32,000 bases of DNA, taken from the NCBI RefSeq assembly GCF_004376175.1, contig NZ_SNUY01000005.1:60001-92000 (forward strand). The letters run 5' to 3'. The number at the start of each line of letters is the position of its first letter. The first letter of the stretch is position 1. This document shows, one piece after another, positions 19,046 to 27,121 of the stretch. Origin of the DNA: Halalkalibacterium halodurans. Lineage in GTDB: Bacteria > Bacillota > Bacilli > Bacillales > Bacillaceae_D. A model generated the notes under the pieces. That model worked only from the letters and a program-made list of their open reading frames with translations. It searched no databases and was not told where the DNA came from. The position numbers and the translations under genes are program-made.

Positions 19046-20038
19046 CTAGTTATTGTCGCCTTTTTGGTTAATGGCTTGTAACGCAGTAATTAAAGACAGC
19101 TTGTAAACATCGGATGCGTTGCAACCACGGGACAAGTCATTCACCGGTTGGTTCAAGCCTTGCAAAATTGGACCAATTGCTTCGTAACCACCTAATCGTT
19201 GTGCAATTTTATAGCCGATGTTTCCTGACTCTAAGCTTGGGAATACAAAGACATTAGCCTCCCCTTTCAATGGAGATTCAGGTGCTTTTTTTTGCGCCAC
19301 AGCTGGAACGAAAGCAGCATCAAATTGAAATTCGCCATCAATGACTAAATCTGAGCGAGCTTCTTGGGCAAGCTTTGTTGCCTCTGCCACTTTCTCTGTC
19401 TCGGGTGAGACGGCAGAGCCTTTTGTCGAGAAACTAAGCATGGCCACTTTAGGATCAATGTCGAACACTTTCGCTGTCTCAGCCGTAGCAACTGCAATTT
19501 CTGCTAAATCTTCGGCAGTTGGGGCAATGTTGATCGCACAATCAGCAAAGACGAGCTTTTGATCTTCCTTCACCATAATAAAAACACCAGATGTTCGTTT
19601 AATTCCTGGCTGTGTTTTAATGATTTGCAATGCTGGGCGGACCGTATCTCCGGTCGAATGGGCAGCCCCGCTTACAAGGCCGTCTGCTACGCCTGTATAT
19701 ACGAGCATTGTTCCAAAATAGTTAACATCTACTAGCTTTTCACGGGCTGTCTCTTCAGTTTCCTTCCCTTTCCGACGCTCCACGAACGCATGTACCATAT
19801 CGTCAAATGCCTCATACGATTTAGGGTCGATAATCTCAACAGATCCAAGGTCAATATTTAACTCAGATGCACGTGCCTGAATATCTGCAACATTCCCCAC
19901 AAGAATCGGCTTCACCACTTCATCTTTTGCTAAATTTGCTGCCGCCTCTAAAATCCGCTCATCCGTACCTTCAGGCAGCACAATAGTCGGTTGGTGACGC
20001 TTCACTTGTTCTTGAATGTTACGAAAGAGATCACTCAC
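19046..20038 (-). CDS. pta: Phosphate acetyltransferase
   Basis: GTG 20038 lies 7 nt after AGGAGGAA and yields MSDLFRNIQEQV..., which lines up with the B. subtilis Pta N-terminus. 330 aa, PTA_PTB family throughout. The TTG 20065 extension contains the SD. Confidence 0.93.
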   Translation of the reverse strand: MSDLFRNIQEQVKRHQPTIVLPEGTDERILEAAANLAKDEVVKPILVGNVADIQARASELNIDLGSVEIIDPKSYEAFDDMVHAFVERRKGKETEETAREKLVDVNYFGTMLVYTGVADGLVSGAAHSTGDTVRPALQIIKTQPGIKRTSGVFIMVKEDQKLVFADCAINIAPTAEDLAEIAVATAETAKVFDIDPKVAMLSFSTKGSAVSPETEKVAEATKLAQEARSDLVIDGEFQFDAAFVPAVAQKKAPESPLKGEANVFVFPSLESGNIGYKIAQRLGGYEAIGPILQGLNQPVNDLSRGCNASDVYKLSLITALQAINQKGDNN

Positions 20039-20153
20039 TTTACGATTCCTCCTAGGTTTGTTCAATTCCTCACAATAAAAAGCATACTCCTCTTTTTATA
20101 AAAAATAAACCGTTCGGTTAAAGTTCTTTAAAGTTTTATTTTTTATAAAATTC

Positions 20154-20176
20154 TGATCTAAAGCGCTTACAGATCA
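20154..20176 (-). promoter_or_regulatory. cre-like element TGTAAGCGCTTTAG nested in a TGATCT/AGATCA inverted repeat, pta / enoyl-CoA hydratase divergent region
   Basis: The minus strand reads TGATCTGTAAGCGCTTTAGATCA. 12 of 14 positions match TGWAANCGNTNWCA. A second, weaker cre-like site TTAAAGCGTTTCCA is at 20218-20231. Confidence 0.4.
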
Positions 20177-20330
20177 ATGTTTTTTACAAAATTTCATCAT
20201 TAAAACATTCCATCTAATTAAAGCGTTTCCAAAGGAATTTCGGAATATGTGTCGAACTTGTTTAAAATCATTGGTTTACACTTTAATCTAGACAGTACGT
20301 GTGCAAAAACAAAAGGAGCGTGTATGAAGT

Positions 20331-21071
20331 ATGACAAAATCATCTGTGCTATATGAAGTTACAAATGATGTGGCAACCATTACGTTAAATCGACCGGAAG
20401 TAAAAAATGCGATAAATAAAGAGATGCATCAAGAGCTCTTTTCTGCTTTTCAACAAGCCGATGGAGATGAAAACGTAAAAGTCATTGTCCTTCAAGGAAA
20501 TGGTGATGCTTTTTGTGCCGGTGCAGATCTAAAAAGCATTCCGCTAGAAGAACTTGAAGATTTTGATCACGGTACGTATTTGCGAGATACATACAATCGA
20601 CTCATTTTGCTTATTGACTCCATTCAAAAGCCAACCGTTGCCTATATTAACGGAACTGCTGTTGGGGCAGGGCTTAGCATCGCCCTTGCCTGTGATTTAC
20701 GTGTGGCTACCTATAATGCAAAGCTTGGACTCGGCTTTTTGAAGATTGGCTTAGTTCCTGATGCTGGCGCCTCTTACTTCTTGCCTCGGCTCGTTGGCTA
20801 TGGTAAAGCCTTAGAGCTAGCCCTTGGGAACCCTATTTCAGCTGAAGAAGCTTATCGCATCAATTTAATTCATCAAATCGGAGAGCCGGACAAATTAATC
20901 GAACAATTGCGGCATACATCAATTACTGCATTCGGCCTTATGAAACAAACGTTCAAGGCTAGCTTTGAACAAACGCTCCCTTCCATTCTGGAGCAGGAAG
21001 TATTTGCCCAAAGCGAAGCGGGTCAAACACGTGAACACCGACAAGCGATTCAACAATTTTTGCAACGATAA
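20331..21071 (+). CDS. Enoyl-CoA hydratase/isomerase (crotonase) family protein
   Basis: 246 aa with the crotonase oxyanion-hole motifs (FCAGADLK, GTAVGAGLSIALACDLRVA, LGLVPDAGASYFLPRLVG). Confidence 0.88.
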   Translation: MTKSSVLYEVTNDVATITLNRPEVKNAINKEMHQELFSAFQQADGDENVKVIVLQGNGDAFCAGADLKSIPLEELEDFDHGTYLRDTYNRLILLIDSIQKPTVAYINGTAVGAGLSIALACDLRVATYNAKLGLGFLKIGLVPDAGASYFLPRLVGYGKALELALGNPISAEEAYRINLIHQIGEPDKLIEQLRHTSITAFGLMKQTFKASFEQTLPSILEQEVFAQSEAGQTREHRQAIQQFLQR

Positions 21072-21118
21072 CCCACATATCCACAAGTTGTTCACATAAA
21101 TGCCTAAGTCTCGTCATT

Positions 21119-21146
21119 TTGGCACCCTTTTAAAATGTGGTATGAT
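21119..21146 (+). promoter_or_regulatory. Sigma-A promoter of hemQ with extended -10
   Basis: TTGGCA (21119-21124), a 16-nt spacer, then TGgTATGAT (21138-21146). It lies inside the ORF-track N-terminal extension of hemQ, which argues against that extension. Confidence 0.55.
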
Positions 21147-21186
21147 ATCGATGGGATTCGTGATTTTAAAAGGAGTGAATCATGCC

Positions 21187-21936
21187 ATGAATGAAGCAGC
21201 AAAAACGTTAGACGGCTGGTATTGTTTACATGATTTCCGCACGATTAATTGGGCGGAGCTAAAAACTTTATCAACAGAAGAACGTCAACAAATCATCAAC
21301 GAATTTTTAGATCTTATGGAAAAATGGAATGATACAGAGGCTCAAGGTGAAGGAAGCCATGCAGTTTATACGATCGTCGGTCAAAAGGCTGACGTGATGC
21401 TCATGATCTTGCGTCCGTCGATGGAAGAGTTAAATGAAATAGAAACTGCATTTAATAAATCACGCTTTGCTGAATTTACCGTTCCTGCCTATTCATATGT
21501 CTCTGTTGTCGAACTGAGCAATTATATGGCCGGAGATAGCGATGATGATCCGTATCAAAACCCGCACGTTCGGGCAAGACTCTACCCGCAATTACCGAAG
21601 GCAAAGCACGTTTGCTTCTATCCGATGGACAAGCGTCGTCAAGGTGATGACAACTGGTACATGCTTCCGATGGATCAGCGTCGCGAATTAATGAAAAGTC
21701 ACGGCATGATCGGTCGTAGCTATGCAGGAAAGGTGAAGCAAATCATCACTGGATCTGTCGGCTTTGATGACTGGGAATGGGGCGTTACCCTTTTTTCAGA
21801 TGACGTGCTTCAATTTAAAAAGCTTGTCTATGAAATGCGCTTTGACGAAGTCTCCGCCCGTTACGGCGAATTTGGCTCGTTTTTTGTTGGTAACCTTCTT
21901 ACAGCAGAAGGTATCCCCTCTTATTTTTATGTTTAA
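21187..21936 (+). CDS. hemQ: Coproheme decarboxylase (chlorite dismutase-like, HemQ/YwfI)
   Basis: From ATG 21187, 249 aa beginning [18 protein letters not shown]. Near-colinear with B. subtilis HemQ as I recall it ([43 protein letters not shown]). Confidence 0.92.
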   Translation: MNEAAKTLDGWYCLHDFRTINWAELKTLSTEERQQIINEFLDLMEKWNDTEAQGEGSHAVYTIVGQKADVMLMILRPSMEELNEIETAFNKSRFAEFTVPAYSYVSVVELSNYMAGDSDDDPYQNPHVRARLYPQLPKAKHVCFYPMDKRRQGDDNWYMLPMDQRRELMKSHGMIGRSYAGKVKQIITGSVGFDDWEWGVTLFSDDVLQFKKLVYEMRFDEVSARYGEFGSFFVGNLLTAEGIPSYFYV

Positions 21937-21942
21937 TTTTAT

Positions 21943-21985
21943 GCGTCTGTTGGTTGGGTTTTCCCTGCCACAGGCGCTTTTTTAT
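21943..21985 (+). terminator. Intrinsic terminator after hemQ
   Basis: Stem gcgtctgt/acaggcgc (one G-U) at 21943-21950 and 21970-21977, then T6 (21978-21983). The loop is long at 19 nt. Confidence 0.5.
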
Positions 21986-22029
21986 TTTGTCTCATTTGCT
22001 CGTCCACCGTCAAAATCTGTTTTGTTTTG

Positions 22030-22058
22030 TCATAGGGCTCGTGCCTCGCACATATAGA
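22030..22058 (+). promoter_or_regulatory. Sigma-E-like sporulation promoter upstream of cwlJ-gerQ
   Basis: TCATAGG (22030-22036), a 14-nt spacer, then CATATAGA (22051-22058). The recalled SigE consensus is kmATAtt-N14-CATACAnT. Confidence 0.35.
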
Positions 22059-22133
22059 TTGGAGTAGCACCGTGCGTGTAGATCACTTTCGACACAACGC
22101 ACCGATATGGCAGAGTTAAGAGGAGGTGAGAAT

Positions 22134-22565
22134 TTGGCCGTCATTCGAACAACATCACGGGATATCGATCTGTTGGCACGCTTAATGAGAGCCGAGGCAG
22201 AAGGCGAAGGGGATCTCGGAATGTTAATGGCCGGGAATGTCATGGTCAATCGTGTCCGTGTCGGCTGTCTTGACTTTGCAGACATTAATACGGTCGAACG
22301 GATGGTCTTTCAGTCTCCTGGCGGATTTGAGGCGACACAAAAAGGGTATTTTTATCAACGGGCACGGGATAGAGATCGCCGCCTCGCACAACGAGTTGTG
22401 AACGGGGAACGCACCCATCCTGCCGAGTTTTCGCTTTGGTTTTTCCGTCCAGATGGTCCTTGTCCTGAGCAATGGTTCGGACAATGGAATTCCGGTCGGT
22501 ATAAAGCCCATTGCTTCTTTAACCCAACTTCGGCAGATTGTCCAGAAGTGTACGGTGTATTCTAG
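22134..22565 (+). CDS. cwlJ: Spore cortex-lytic enzyme CwlJ (Hydrolase_2/SleB-CwlJ family)
   Basis: TTG 22134 lies 7 nt after AGGAGGTGA and gives 143 aa beginning MAVIRTTSRDIDLLARLMRAEAEGEG. This is colinear with B. subtilis CwlJ (142 aa), including FSLWFFRP and HCFF motifs. Confidence 0.9.
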   Translation: MAVIRTTSRDIDLLARLMRAEAEGEGDLGMLMAGNVMVNRVRVGCLDFADINTVERMVFQSPGGFEATQKGYFYQRARDRDRRLAQRVVNGERTHPAEFSLWFFRPDGPCPEQWFGQWNSGRYKAHCFFNPTSADCPEVYGVF

Positions 22566-22610
22566 TTGCTGACGTTTTATGGAGAATGAACTTTGAAGGG
22601 GTGATTCATC

Positions 22611-23216
22611 GTGAGTCAAGACAACAACCAAACCGGGCAAGAGCCGGTCGAGGAATACGGAACAAACGAGGTGTCTACGTCTACGTTTCCGTCATCCATT
22701 CCTTATCAATATTCGTTTGCGCCTAACCAAGGATATCGACATAATCTACAACCGCAAACGGGATACGGACAGTTCGGCTCACAGCAAACGCATCCGGGAA
22801 TGCATGGTCAACAAACACCGCAAGGACAGCAACCAGGTTATTTTTCAGCCCAACAGTACCAATTCCAGCCGCCAGGCTTTACACAGCAGCAAGTCCCCCA
22901 ACAGCAACAACCGATGATGCAGCCAATGGCAATGCCCGATAGTTTACCATTAGAGCAATCGTACATTGAGAATATTCTTCGCTTAAACCGCGGAAAACAA
23001 GTGACCGTCTACATGACGTTTGAAAACAACCTGCAATGGAACGCGATGGTTTTTAATGGCCGTGTTGAAGAAGCCGGACGTGATCACATCATTTTAAGCG
23101 ATCCAGAGACTGGCCTCAACTATTTACTGCTCATGGTTTATCTTGATTACATTACGTTTGAAGAACCGATCGAATATAGGCCACTTTTTGGTCTCGCTAC
23201 TTACGCTCCACGTTAA
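22611..23216 (+). CDS. gerQ: Spore coat protein GerQ (YwdL)
   Basis: GTG start 6 nt after GAAGGGGTGA. Gln/Pro-rich N-terminal half and a conserved C-terminal domain (SYIENILRLNRGK...MTFEN...GRDHIILSDPETG..YLLLMVYLDYITFEE). Confidence 0.88.
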   Translation: MSQDNNQTGQEPVEEYGTNEVSTSTFPSSIPYQYSFAPNQGYRHNLQPQTGYGQFGSQQTHPGMHGQQTPQGQQPGYFSAQQYQFQPPGFTQQQVPQQQQPMMQPMAMPDSLPLEQSYIENILRLNRGKQVTVYMTFENNLQWNAMVFNGRVEEAGRDHIILSDPETGLNYLLLMVYLDYITFEEPIEYRPLFGLATYAPR

Positions 23217-23257
23217 GCATTGACCATCATGAGAGAAAGATTCATTTTTTGTCTATT

Positions 23258-23290
23258 AAAAAAGAAGCAGGCATTCCTGCTTCTTTTTTT
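23258..23290. terminator. Bidirectional intrinsic terminator between gerQ and ywdK
   Basis: Perfect 9-bp stem agaagcagg/cctgcttct (23263-23271 with 23276-23284) and a 4-nt loop, flanked by A6 and T6. Confidence 0.85.
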
Positions 23291-23300
23291 CATTCCTTTT

Positions 23301-23666
23301 CTACCGGACAACAGCAATCCCTAATAAAATCCATCCAGCAATGAACGCTAGCCCACCAATAGGGGTGATCGCTCCGAGTTTGGTAACTCCGGTTAACGCC
23401 ATCGCATAAAGACTTCCAGAGAACAACAGAATGCCGACAAAAAAGCTCCAACCTGCTGCCGATAATAAAGCAGAAGGCAACATCTTAAGCCCTACAAGAC
23501 CGACAACAAGGATCCCAATTCCGTGAATCATCTGATATTGCACGCCGGTTTGGTAGTTTTTCATCATTCGTTCACTTAAACGCGGCTCAAGCCCATGGGC
23601 TCCAAATGCACCAATGATGACCGAAAGCCCCATAACGATACTACCAAGTAATAAAAACAATTTCAT
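23301..23666 (-). CDS. ywdK: DUF423 family membrane protein (YwdK-like)
   Basis: 121 aa with four TM helices and the GAFGAHG motif typical of DUF423. Adjacent to gerQ as in B. subtilis. GGGAGGGAAA SD. Confidence 0.8.
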   Translation of the reverse strand: MKLFLLLGSIVMGLSVIIGAFGAHGLEPRLSERMMKNYQTGVQYQMIHGIGILVVGLVGLKMLPSALLSAAGWSFFVGILLFSGSLYAMALTGVTKLGAITPIGGLAFIAGWILLGIAVVR

Positions 23667-23798
23667 GTCATTTCCCTCCCTAAAAACTTCAGCATCTCAC
23701 CGATCTGTATCATTTGATCTGATGGAACAAAATCTAGACCTTACGTTGCAGAAATATGTATACTTAGGTCAAACAAACGGAAAAGGAGTGAAAACGAA

Positions 23799-24419
23799 TT
23801 GGACGAACTGATCGTACGCCCTTATACTCTTGCTGATTTCGACGGCTTATTAGAAGTGCAAAAAGAAGCATTTCCCCCGCCATTCCCAGAAGAACTATGG
23901 TGGAACCGTGCACAAATTGCTGCCCATGTAGAGTCCTTTCCCGAAGGAGCGAAGGTAGCGGTTATCCGAGACAAAATTGTCGGCTCCGCTACTTCGCTAT
24001 TGATTAAGTATGACGGTAAGCCTCACACGTGGGAAGAAGTGGCCGATAACGGATACATCCAAAGCAGTCATCAGCCTGATGGCGATAGCTTGTACGGGAT
24101 CGATTTGTGTGTTCGCCCCAGCTTTCGCGGAAAAGGCGTTGCCAGAGCGTTATATGAAGCTCGGAAACAACTCGTCCGTGAGCTTGGCCTCACTCGCTTT
24201 GTCGCGGGTTGCCGAATCCCTGGCTACCACCAAGTCGCTTCTCAAATGACAGTCGAAGATTACGTTCAAGCTGTTGTGGATGGAAAGCGTCACGACCTAG
24301 TTCTTACCTTTATGCTAAAACAAGGATTGCGGCCGTTGCAAATCCTCCCAAACTATTTAGAAGATGACGAATCTCTTCATTATGCCGTTCTTGTCGAATG
24401 GAAAAACCCTGACCTTTAG
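23799..24419 (+). CDS. GNAT-family N-acetyltransferase
   Basis: 206 aa. TTG start 10 nt after AAAGGAG. Acetyl-CoA pocket motif VRPSFRGKGVARALYE (R-x-x-G-x-G/A). The substrate is unknown. Confidence 0.8.
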   Translation: MDELIVRPYTLADFDGLLEVQKEAFPPPFPEELWWNRAQIAAHVESFPEGAKVAVIRDKIVGSATSLLIKYDGKPHTWEEVADNGYIQSSHQPDGDSLYGIDLCVRPSFRGKGVARALYEARKQLVRELGLTRFVAGCRIPGYHQVASQMTVEDYVQAVVDGKRHDLVLTFMLKQGLRPLQILPNYLEDDESLHYAVLVEWKNPDL

Positions 24420-24556
24420 AAAAGCGTAATGCACCCGCTTAAAAAACGTAGCACCTTATCCGTAGGGAGCCCTCGGGAAGGCCTTAAAGCTAAACTTGTT
24501 TTTGCCAAACTCTATCGCGAAGGCGATGTTTACAAAAGCCCTCCGTTGTGTAAATT

Positions 24557-24859
24557 CTAAAAATCAAGCAAGTTTCCTTTCTCTTCGTCTTGACGTTGAT
24601 CCGAATCTACTGTTTGAAAGGGTGTAGCTGCTTTTGACACAATTTGTTGCCCATGAATCGGTTGTTTGACAGAGACTGATGCAGGGATGCGCGGCGCTGA
24701 TACACCCTTTTCTACTCCTTCAAGAAATAAATCACAGTACCCTTTTAAAACGGCAGCGTGCTCCGTGAGCGCATTTTTCTGGTCAGCTTGAACTGCTGCC
24801 TTTAGTTGCTCTAATTGTTTTTCCATTAGCGTTAATACTTTTGTTGTGGATATTTCCAT
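24557..24859 (-). CDS. Hypothetical 100-aa protein (possibly YwdI-like by position)
   Basis: ATG 24859 lies 8 nt after AAAGGAG. Helical N-terminal half and a hydrophilic tail. No motif I recognise. Confidence 0.5.
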   Translation of the reverse strand: MEISTTKVLTLMEKQLEQLKAAVQADQKNALTEHAAVLKGYCDLFLEGVEKGVSAPRIPASVSVKQPIHGQQIVSKAATPFQTVDSDQRQDEEKGNLLDF

Positions 24860-24998
24860 CCGTACCACTCCTTTGTTTCTACCAATATCATATCATAGCT
24901 CGATTGCGATTCGCACATCGCTTCCCCTTAAAAATGCCATAAAGGAATCGAGCGTTTAACTTTCTCCTCTTTTTAGAAAGATAAACTTCATTAAAGGG

Positions 24999-25028
24999 GA
25001 AAAAAGCACCCGACCAGTGTCGGATGCT
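24999..25028 (-). terminator. Intrinsic terminator after the M14 carboxypeptidase gene
   Basis: On the minus strand agcatccgac-actg-gtcgggtgct (one G-U) followed by T6. It starts 9 nt after the stop. Confidence 0.7.
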
Positions 25029-25036
25029 TCCGTCGA

Positions 25037-26092
25037 TTATTCTCCTTCTTCCTCTCCGATCGGGCGTTGAAGGGGCAGTTCATCCCAAAAAGAAGTATCC
25101 GCCTCCAGAATCGAACCATCAGCAATGGCTTCCATCGCCGCAGTCATGGCAATCTCTGCCTGCTTAATTAAGTAACCATTGCTCTTCTGTCCGAGAACCG
25201 CTTCCTCTCGTGAATGATCAGTCATTCCCCGCATTTCAAAAAGGAGTGTAGAAAACCCATACGTTGACGCTAACCCATTTCGGGCAATCGTATTCGCTGT
25301 GCCACCATTATATCTTCCGATTAAGCCAAAGCCTCGCGCTTCCACTGCATCGTACACAACTTTTCCTAACTGTTTCGAACCTTCGACCACCTCGGGAGTG
25401 ACACTTGAATTGGTCGGGTAAAGCATCGACCCTGACACATAACGGCCATCAATCGCTTGTGATGTGCCTTGGTGATGAAAATCAATCAAATAATCAATGT
25501 CATACTTTTGCAATACATTTTCGTGTAAAGCCCTCGTTTCCGGTTGGGTTAAATCCGTATGATCACGATTTAAGTCGACTCCGTTGGCATTCGTTCGTGT
25601 CGAAAGCCCACCACCCACGTAATCTTCTAACTCAAAAAGCACGTCTGCCTCTGCCCCATCAGGATTTAAGCGAGGGACAAACAAAACGTTGACGCTATCT
25701 GCCAACTCGCGTACTTGGCGACTATTCGTGCTTAAATTTTTTATGACGTTTAAGGCCCCTTCTGTGACCATCTCTTCATTTCCATGCTGCTGGGTTAGAA
25801 AAACAATCGTTGGATTATCAGGGTTCGTACCAAACGTGACGAGAAACAAGTCCCGCCCCATAACCGATTGACCAATTGTCTCTAGCTCTAGCAAATCAGA
25901 GCGAGATGTCACATGTTCTAGAAAGGAGACCATTTCTTCATAGTTCTTGACTCGCTCCTTCTTAATCGTCTCGTTCCCATTATAGTTTGGGCCATTACCT
26001 ACAGCAAACGCTTGCTGTATTCCACTTGGAACGACAAACAGACTGAGAATAAGAAAAAGACCACTAATTGCCTTCATCCATGCTTTCGCCAC
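25037..26092 (-). CDS. Secreted zinc carboxypeptidase, peptidase family M14
   Basis: 351 aa. GTG start 8 nt after GGGAGGAA. Signal peptide ending AFA|V. M14 zinc motif HxxE (QQHGNEEM), NPDG and a downstream His (IDFHHQG). Confidence 0.85.
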   Translation of the reverse strand: MAKAWMKAISGLFLILSLFVVPSGIQQAFAVGNGPNYNGNETIKKERVKNYEEMVSFLEHVTSRSDLLELETIGQSVMGRDLFLVTFGTNPDNPTIVFLTQQHGNEEMVTEGALNVIKNLSTNSRQVRELADSVNVLFVPRLNPDGAEADVLFELEDYVGGGLSTRTNANGVDLNRDHTDLTQPETRALHENVLQKYDIDYLIDFHHQGTSQAIDGRYVSGSMLYPTNSSVTPEVVEGSKQLGKVVYDAVEARGFGLIGRYNGGTANTIARNGLASTYGFSTLLFEMRGMTDHSREEAVLGQKSNGYLIKQAEIAMTAAMEAIADGSILEADTSFWDELPLQRPIGEEEGE

Positions 26093-26352
26093 CGTCCATT
26101 CCTCCCTTGGTTTATGGTATATGAACGGTTACGACGTAAGAAGGAGAAACCCTTTGCCCTTCTTAAAAATTAAGTGAAAGGTACTAGCCTAACATATAGA
26201 ACGGCGTACCATCCTACCTGCACCTCTGTCATTTATTTGAATATGCGATTGGCTCGATCTAATGTTCCACTTTTGATCAACCCTGGTGAAAAAGCGAAAA
26301 ATAACACGTCCCAGACCGAACGTAAACATAGGATTGATCTTTTTTGAACGTG

Positions 26353-26390
26353 CAAAATCGTCCTTGATGGCAGATGCCTACAAGGACGAT
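26353..26390 (-). terminator. Terminator of the amt-NTase-exonuclease operon
   Basis: Perfect 10-bp stem atcgtccttg/caaggacgat (26357-26366 with 26381-26390) abutting the exonuclease stop. Followed on the minus strand by TTTTG. Confidence 0.55.
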
Positions 26391-27121
26391 TATTTACGCT
26401 GATGAGCCAAATGGACATAAATGTCTCTTAGCGTTTCAAAACCTGCCTCTTTCGCAGCAGCGATGGCCGCTATCCATAGCTTCGCTGTCATTAGGGAGTC
26501 TTCAAGAGCATGATGACGATTTTGTACAGGAATGGAATAATAGGCACAGCAATCATCAAGGGTGACCAGCTCTTGCGGTGCCACTATTTTCGTTAAAAAC
26601 GATGTATCAATCACTCGGTGCTCAAAAGGAAGCTTCATCGTTTGCCAAGTGACATGGGACATAAACGCTTTTTCATGACTGGCATGGTGGGCCACGAGCG
26701 TCGAATGACGAATGAACGCATAAAACGATTCAAGCACGCTCGTTAATGGAGGAGCAGCCTCCAGTTCTTCCACGCTCAAACCTGTTAATTCGAGGATGTT
26801 TTCAGGGGGAACTGTATCGGTATGGACGACAGAATAAAATGTTTCCTCCTCCTGAATCGTTAATCCAACAACTTTGACAGCACCAATCGACAAAATCCGA
26901 TCCCCTTGGTCTGGATAAAAGCCGCTTGTCTCCAAATCAAAAACGACGACGGGCAGCTTTTCTAACGGGAGATCCAATACGTCAGATCGCCTTATCTCCC
27001 GTTGCAGCTGTCTGACGTAAGACCATTGTTGAGCAGAGGAAGGTGCCTGAGCCGATGTATAGACATTCGGGCTCAATTTCGAGGATAACTGCTTCATTAG
27101 CTGTACCATTTGATTCATCAT
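26390..27121 (-). CDS. DnaQ-like 3'-5' exonuclease (DEDDh family)
   Basis: The ATG at 27121 overlaps the upstream TGA (ATGA). Exo I VVFDLETSG, Exo II-like LVAHHASHEKAF, Exo III HHALEDSLMTAKLW. A roughly 55-aa non-catalytic N-terminal leader precedes the domain. The ORF-track start 27187 would overlap the upstream gene by 70 nt. Confidence 0.85.
   Translation of the reverse strand: MMNQMVQLMKQLSSKLSPNVYTSAQAPSSAQQWSYVRQLQREIRRSDVLDLPLEKLPVVVFDLETSGFYPDQGDRILSIGAVKVVGLTIQEEETFYSVVHTDTVPPENILELTGLSVEELEAAPPLTSVLESFYAFIRHSTLVAHHASHEKAFMSHVTWQTMKLPFEHRVIDTSFLTKIVAPQELVTLDDCCAYYSIPVQNRHHALEDSLMTAKLWIAAIAAAKEAGFETLRDIYVHLAHQRK

Noticed and set aside
20324-20356. An out-of-frame 10-codon ORF (MKYDKIICAI) starting at the ATG best spaced from the SD of the enoyl-CoA hydratase gene.
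   Set aside because: The in-frame ATG 20331 is still within acceptable SD spacing (12 nt) and gives a normal crotonase N-terminus. Nothing suggests the short frame is functional.
21100-21186. N-terminal extensions suggested by the ORF track for hemQ (21100), cwlJ (22107), pta (20065), the GltP-like gene (17286), 4-OT (8021), the exonuclease (27187) and others.
   Set aside because: In each case a downstream start has a properly spaced SD and restores the N-terminus expected for the family. Examples are Pro1 for 4-OT and [12 protein letters not shown] for HemQ. The hemQ extension would also contain its own promoter.
26233-26418. A 61-aa ORF in the 300-nt spacer between the exonuclease and carboxypeptidase genes.
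   Set aside because: It overlaps the exonuclease 3' end and the terminator stem. It has no SD and has an odd composition rich in Arg, Cys and Ser. The spacer is more simply the carboxypeptidase promoter region.
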